From: an uncultured delta proteobacterium
GTDB taxonomy: Bacteria > Desulfobacterota > Binatia > Bin18
Reading direction: 5' to 3'
NCBI GenBank assembly: GCA_963733195.1
Contig: CAVTCR010000011.1
Span: 1-59,571, forward strand
Length of the DNA: 59,571 nt
Position numbers and translations under genes: made by a program. Shown one piece after another: positions 55,589 to 59,571 of this stretch (within the stretch, counting starts at the first letter, position 1; each line of letters starts with the position of its first letter). The notes under the pieces were generated by a model. It ran no database searches, was not told the DNA's origin, and saw only the letters and a program-made list of their open reading frames with translations.

Positions 55589-56329
55589 ATGGACCAGTCG
55601 ATTCTTTACACTCCCGAAGAACTCATGGCGGTAACCATCGCCCGCGAAGTGTGCGACTTCGAGACGGTCGGTGTCGGCGCGGTATCCCCGATTCCTGCTG
55701 CTGGCTGCATTCTCGCAGAACAACTGCATGCTCCACATATCACGCTCATCATTCTTGATAGTGAGGAGTATTACCCCTTCCCTGCTGGCAGTAGCGAACT
55801 CCATTTCATGGCTCAGCGTGGCGAGCTAGATTTGTTTTTCTTGAGCGGTATTCAAATCGACCGTCGCGGAAATTTCAATCTGCATGTGATCGGTGATTAC
55901 AACGCACCGACTGTGAGAATGGCAGGAGCATACGGTTCAGCGATGCTTTACTACATGGCACATCGAGTCATCCTCTTTCGTGATCAGCACACGAAACGCG
56001 TTTTTGTAGAGAAAGTCGATTTCGTCACTGGAGCCGGGGTAACACCAGAGAATGTCTATCGTGAAGGCGGACCAGCATTGGTTATTACGCCGAAAGCTGT
56101 GCTCGGTTGGGACAAAACCGTCGGGGAGTGGACGCTCGATAGATTCCAACCGGGGTCGTCGGTGGAAGACGTGCAAGATAATACCGGCTTTGAGCTGCGA
56201 GTATCACCGTCGGTTCACCTGAACCCAGCGCCAACAGCAGAAGAGCTGCGAATGCTGCGAACAGTAGTGAAAGAGAAAATGATGCGGAGTTATCCGGAGT
56301 TTGTGAAGGAAAAGATCGTGAACATGTAA
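55589..56329 (+). CDS. Family I CoA-transferase beta subunit (GctB-like)
   Basis: YTPEELMAVTIARE, FFLSGIQIDRRGNFN, GAYGS, RVFVEKVDFVT, VQDNTGF, PTAEELRMLR. Confidence 0.85.
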   Translation: MDQSILYTPEELMAVTIAREVCDFETVGVGAVSPIPAAGCILAEQLHAPHITLIILDSEEYYPFPAGSSELHFMAQRGELDLFFLSGIQIDRRGNFNLHVIGDYNAPTVRMAGAYGSAMLYYMAHRVILFRDQHTKRVFVEKVDFVTGAGVTPENVYREGGPALVITPKAVLGWDKTVGEWTLDRFQPGSSVEDVQDNTGFELRVSPSVHLNPAPTAEELRMLRTVVKEKMMRSYPEFVKEKIVNM

Positions 56330-56486
56330 CACGCAGCACACAATACGTAAAACGTGAAACGTGTTGCGTAACCGCCCATCATTCCCTTACGTTTTACGCA
56401 TTACGATTTAAGTATTCCGTCCGAGGTCTTCCCAAATGGTGTGGAAATAGCATCAGACACGATGCTCTTGGATGATGGTTTTTGCT

Positions 56487-56646
56487 TCAGTGTAATTCCT
56501 CCAACAGCGCTTTCGCCTCTTGCAAGTCCTTCGTATCAAACCCTTCAGTGAACCAGCCATAGATCTCGGCCAACATCTTGTGAGCCTGTTTCTTCTTGCC
56601 CTGGTGCTGCCAGAGGCGGCTTAAACTCATTGCTGCCCGCAGCTCT
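56487..56646 (-). pseudogene. Orphan C-terminal fragment of a STAND/TPR protein
   Basis: [52 protein letters not shown], paralogous to the end of the 58119 gene. Confidence 0.8.
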
Positions 56647-56649
56647 CCT

Positions 56650-57372
56650 TTAACATCCTTCAGGGTAATACTGCTCCTTCATCCGATGACAATAAGCCAC
56701 CAGATTCGGCAAGGACACGGCGTATTCCTTGACTGGTCCCTGAAAGGGAACCCACAGGATATGCGCTAACCAGGCATAGGCCGTGGCATCGAGAGAGGTC
56801 GGTTCCTCCCCCATGAAGTAGGACCTCTCCCCCAGGTAGTCTGAGAGCGCAGTCAGATCGGCTCTCGCTAGCGCGTAGTTTTCTTCCGCGGTGTGCCGTC
56901 CCATTCCCTGTCCGTGGAACTCCTGCAGTATGCCCTCCCGGAACTGATTCACGGCGCCGTCCCTTTGGTCCGGCGGTAGATCAACTACTTTATAGAGAGC
57001 GGGCCGGTAGAGCGCGAAATTGGCCTCCTCTTTCCAGCGCATTTGAATTATGGCCGACCAGTAGAGCCCTTCTTCCATCATGCGGCGCAGGGCTAAGACC
57101 ACAGCCCGCTCACGAGGAGTGAGGGACGTGTCCAGCGTGTCGCCATAGGTCGCCTTGAGATACTCCACAATGAAATCCGAGTCGGCGATCTTCCTTCCGC
57201 GGTCCTCAATGATTGGCAGCTTGCCTTTCGGTGTCTTCGCCAGCTCCACCGCCGGAAGATTAATTTGCTCATAAGGCAACTTCACCATGCGGAGATAGCA
57301 ATCGACCTTCGTAACAAAAGGGCTAATATCCGGGAGCCCCCAGGCCGCCGTGTACTGATAAAGCTTAATCAT
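56650..57372 (-). CDS. Glutathione S-transferase family protein (metaxin/FAX-like)
   Basis: [35 protein letters not shown]. Confidence 0.85.
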   Translation of the reverse strand: MIKLYQYTAAWGLPDISPFVTKVDCYLRMVKLPYEQINLPAVELAKTPKGKLPIIEDRGRKIADSDFIVEYLKATYGDTLDTSLTPRERAVVLALRRMMEEGLYWSAIIQMRWKEEANFALYRPALYKVVDLPPDQRDGAVNQFREGILQEFHGQGMGRHTAEENYALARADLTALSDYLGERSYFMGEEPTSLDATAYAWLAHILWVPFQGPVKEYAVSLPNLVAYCHRMKEQYYPEGC

Positions 57373-57411
57373 GACCCTTCCCCCTTTTGGGTGTTTGCCA
57401 GCGCGCTCCGA

Positions 57412-58080
57412 CTACCATGGGAGGAAGTCACCGTTGGCGTGGCGAAAGGAGCCGGTGGTCTCAAGGGTGAGTTCATCGATACGGGTTAGCAGTCCGCGAG
57501 CGGCTTCCTCTGGTTCGATAAATTCTCCTGCCATGCCCTTGGTCAGCTCCGTACGCACCATCCCTGGATGGAGCAGGATGACAGCAATCCCTCGCTCCTT
57601 AAGATCGTGCGCCAAGGAGACGCCCGCCATGTTCGCTGCCGCCTTGGACATCCGATAGCCATAGAGGCCCCCAGAGCTATTGTCGGTCAGCGAGCCAACC
57701 CGGCTCGTGATAATCGCGACCTTCGAGCCTGGCCTGAGACACGGCAGCAACGCCTCCGTCACCCGCAGAGGTCCCAAGGCATTGATCTCAAACTGGCGGC
57801 GGAGATCCACAAAGTCTAACTCCCCTAAGCCGCCATCCCGTAACACGCCCGCATTGCTGAGAAGCACATCGAGCGGTGTTCCCTGCAACCGAGTCGCTAG
57901 CCCTTTGACGGCGGCGTCCGAGGTCACATCGATATTCCGCTCCACCTGTACCCCGAGCCTCTCCAGAAAGGGAGAATCCCCGAGACAAGCCGCAATCACA
58001 CGCTCGCCGCGACTTTGGAGTTGCACGCACAATGCCTGCCCAATGCCGCGGTCCGCACCCGTGACCAGAAATGTACCCAT
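57412..58080 (-). CDS. SDR oxidoreductase (CsgA-like)
   Basis: LVTGADRGIG, SNAG, YRMSK, HPGMVRT. Confidence 0.9.
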   Translation of the reverse strand: MGTFLVTGADRGIGQALCVQLQSRGERVIAACLGDSPFLERLGVQVERNIDVTSDAAVKGLATRLQGTPLDVLLSNAGVLRDGGLGELDFVDLRRQFEINALGPLRVTEALLPCLRPGSKVAIITSRVGSLTDNSSGGLYGYRMSKAAANMAGVSLAHDLKERGIAVILLHPGMVRTELTKGMAGEFIEPEEAARGLLTRIDELTLETTGSFRHANGDFLPW

Positions 58081-58118
58081 GTTCGTCTCCCTGAAACAAT
58101 TTGTATGAGAGCGCCCTC

Positions 58119-59571
58119 TCAGACCAACTCGTGCAACAATGCTTTCGCCTCTTGCAAGTCTTTGGTATCAAATCCCTCTGTGAACCAGTTATAGATGTCG
58201 GCTAACATCTGGTGCGCTTCTGTCTTTTTCCCCTGCTGCTGCCACAAACGGCTCAGGCTCATCGCTGCCCGTAGCTCCAGTGACTTCGCTTGTTGCTGGC
58301 GGGCAATCTCAATCGCCTGCTGGAAACACTCTTCTGCTTCCTTTTGGACACGGGACTCTCGACGCTGGACACTAGACTGTGTGAGCATCAGCTCCCCTTT
58401 CAGTCGATCGAGTTCTGCCTCCCACATACGCTCGCCTTTATGCTTCACCATAGCCAGTGCCTCGGTCAGTACAGCCAATGCTTCCTCTCCTTGCCCCACT
58501 TTCCTGTACGCTTCGGCCAACACCGCAAGAAAATACGGCCGCGCTAGCTTGACTCCCGTGTCCCGGTGGGCGGCTACGCCTTGGCGTATTTGCCCAACTC
58601 CCTCTTCGTACTTTCCTTGTTCAACCAATACCCATCCTTGCAGAATCGTTCCCTCCGCCAACCAGAATGGGAATCCATGCTCATGACAGAGTCTCATCAT
58701 CTCCTCTACTCGTCGTTGGACTGCGTACTCCTCTCTCCGATATTGATGCACCCAAGCAGCAATGAACAGAGCAAACGCCAGGCTATAAGGATGAGAGATC
58801 TCTTGGGCGAGAGTGAGGGCTTCGTTGATTCTCTTTAGGGCTTGGTCCGGATAGCCAAGATGCCAGAGGGCGAAGGCCGCATACACCCGGCATAACACTC
58901 CAGGGTCTTGCCCATAGAGGAAGACATGGGAGCCGTGCTGCTGAGGATCATAGAGGGTAATACCCTGCTCAAAATGCGCTCGGGCTGATGTGAGTTCGCC
59001 CAACCAAAACAAAGGCAGTCCCAGTGCTCCGTGCGCCTCTAGCAGGAGCGATGAGTCTTGTGCGTTTTGGGCTAGGCTCAGAAGTTGCTCCCCGAGCTTA
59101 CGGGCGGTTTGCAACTCCGCCTGCACAAGATAAAACCTTCGCAATCCAAGGATCACAGGGAAGAGTTGGGGAGTTTCGCCGAGCTGCTGGCAAAGCTCGC
59201 GCGCTCGGGTGTAGACCTTTGCTACGTCCGGAGCTGCCTGGCCCTTAGTGGCGATAAGAGCCGGCCCCAGAGCGGTTTGCAGAAGTAGCTCTTTCTGGAG
59301 GTGCTCGGGGGTGTCTGGTAGAGCCTTGAGTAAATCTAATCCCTTCGTCAGGTGGCTGATCGCCTCGGCATGGGCCGAGCGTTCAATGGCTCTCTGCCCT
59401 GCCTGCTGCCAATAGGGAATGGCTTGTTCGAGCAGGCTCGCTTCCGTGTAATGGTGCGCCAAGAGTTCAGGTTGGGTTTCTTTGGTCTCAGCCAATTGTT
59501 CCTCCATCACTTTGGCTATCTGACTGTGATAGTGCTGCCGGGTACTCTTGAGCAGCGATTGATAGGCGACA
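58119..59571 (-). CDS. STAND ATPase/TPR protein (adenylate-cyclase-associated type), C-terminal part; runs off right edge
   Basis: [28 protein letters not shown]...[18 protein letters not shown]. Confidence 0.85.
   Translation of the reverse strand, partial: VAYQSLLKSTRQHYHSQIAKVMEEQLAETKETQPELLAHHYTEASLLEQAIPYWQQAGQRAIERSAHAEAISHLTKGLDLLKALPDTPEHLQKELLLQTALGPALIATKGQAAPDVAKVYTRARELCQQLGETPQLFPVILGLRRFYLVQAELQTARKLGEQLLSLAQNAQDSSLLLEAHGALGLPLFWLGELTSARAHFEQGITLYDPQQHGSHVFLYGQDPGVLCRVYAAFALWHLGYPDQALKRINEALTLAQEISHPYSLAFALFIAAWVHQYRREEYAVQRRVEEMMRLCHEHGFPFWLAEGTILQGWVLVEQGKYEEGVGQIRQGVAAHRDTGVKLARPYFLAVLAEAYRKVGQGEEALAVLTEALAMVKHKGERMWEAELDRLKGELMLTQSSVQRRESRVQKEAEECFQQAIEIARQQQAKSLELRAAMSLSRLWQQQGKKTEAHQMLADIYNWFTEGFDTKDLQEAKALLHELV

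Noticed and set aside
1-59571. CRISPR array or rRNA
   Set aside because: No regularly spaced 25-40 bp repeats with unique spacers, no cas genes and no rRNA-like sequence seen.

Overview
A 59.6 kb bacterial window. The gene content (many LLM/F420 oxidoreductases, CoA transferases, STAND/TPR regulators, a DUF1302 protein) resembles Candidatus Binatia/Binatota-type soil bacteria, which is an inference only. Single-base indels are frequent even in housekeeping genes (glmU, glmS, selA, coxA, actB), so most frameshifts are probably long-read assembly errors. From left to right it contains: redox and lipid genes including a circularly permuted SCP2 protein; namZ plus a DOMON-like gene; an accessory block (STAND regulator, secreted protein, HEAT protein, BBE oxidase, nested IS1595-in-IS256, truncated TIGR03032); a degraded integrative element (ArdC-like, XRE, SWIM, RHH, tyrosine integrase) abutting the 5' end of tRNA-Sec; selA; glmU-glmS; a complete alternative complex III plus A2-type caa3 oxidase operon; and a catabolic region (Dke1-like dioxygenase, two CaiB CoA transferases, a 6-oxocamphor-hydrolase-like crotonase, a PVA-dehydrogenase-like quinohemoprotein, a stand-alone archaeal-type ThrRS editing domain, a two-subunit CoA transferase). 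The strongest leads are the circularly permuted SCP2 gene, a probable selenocysteine-containing family I CoA-transferase alpha subunit (in-frame TGA plus a SECIS-like hairpin, with selA/selC in the window), and a possible 1,3-diol/beta-diketone cleavage module.
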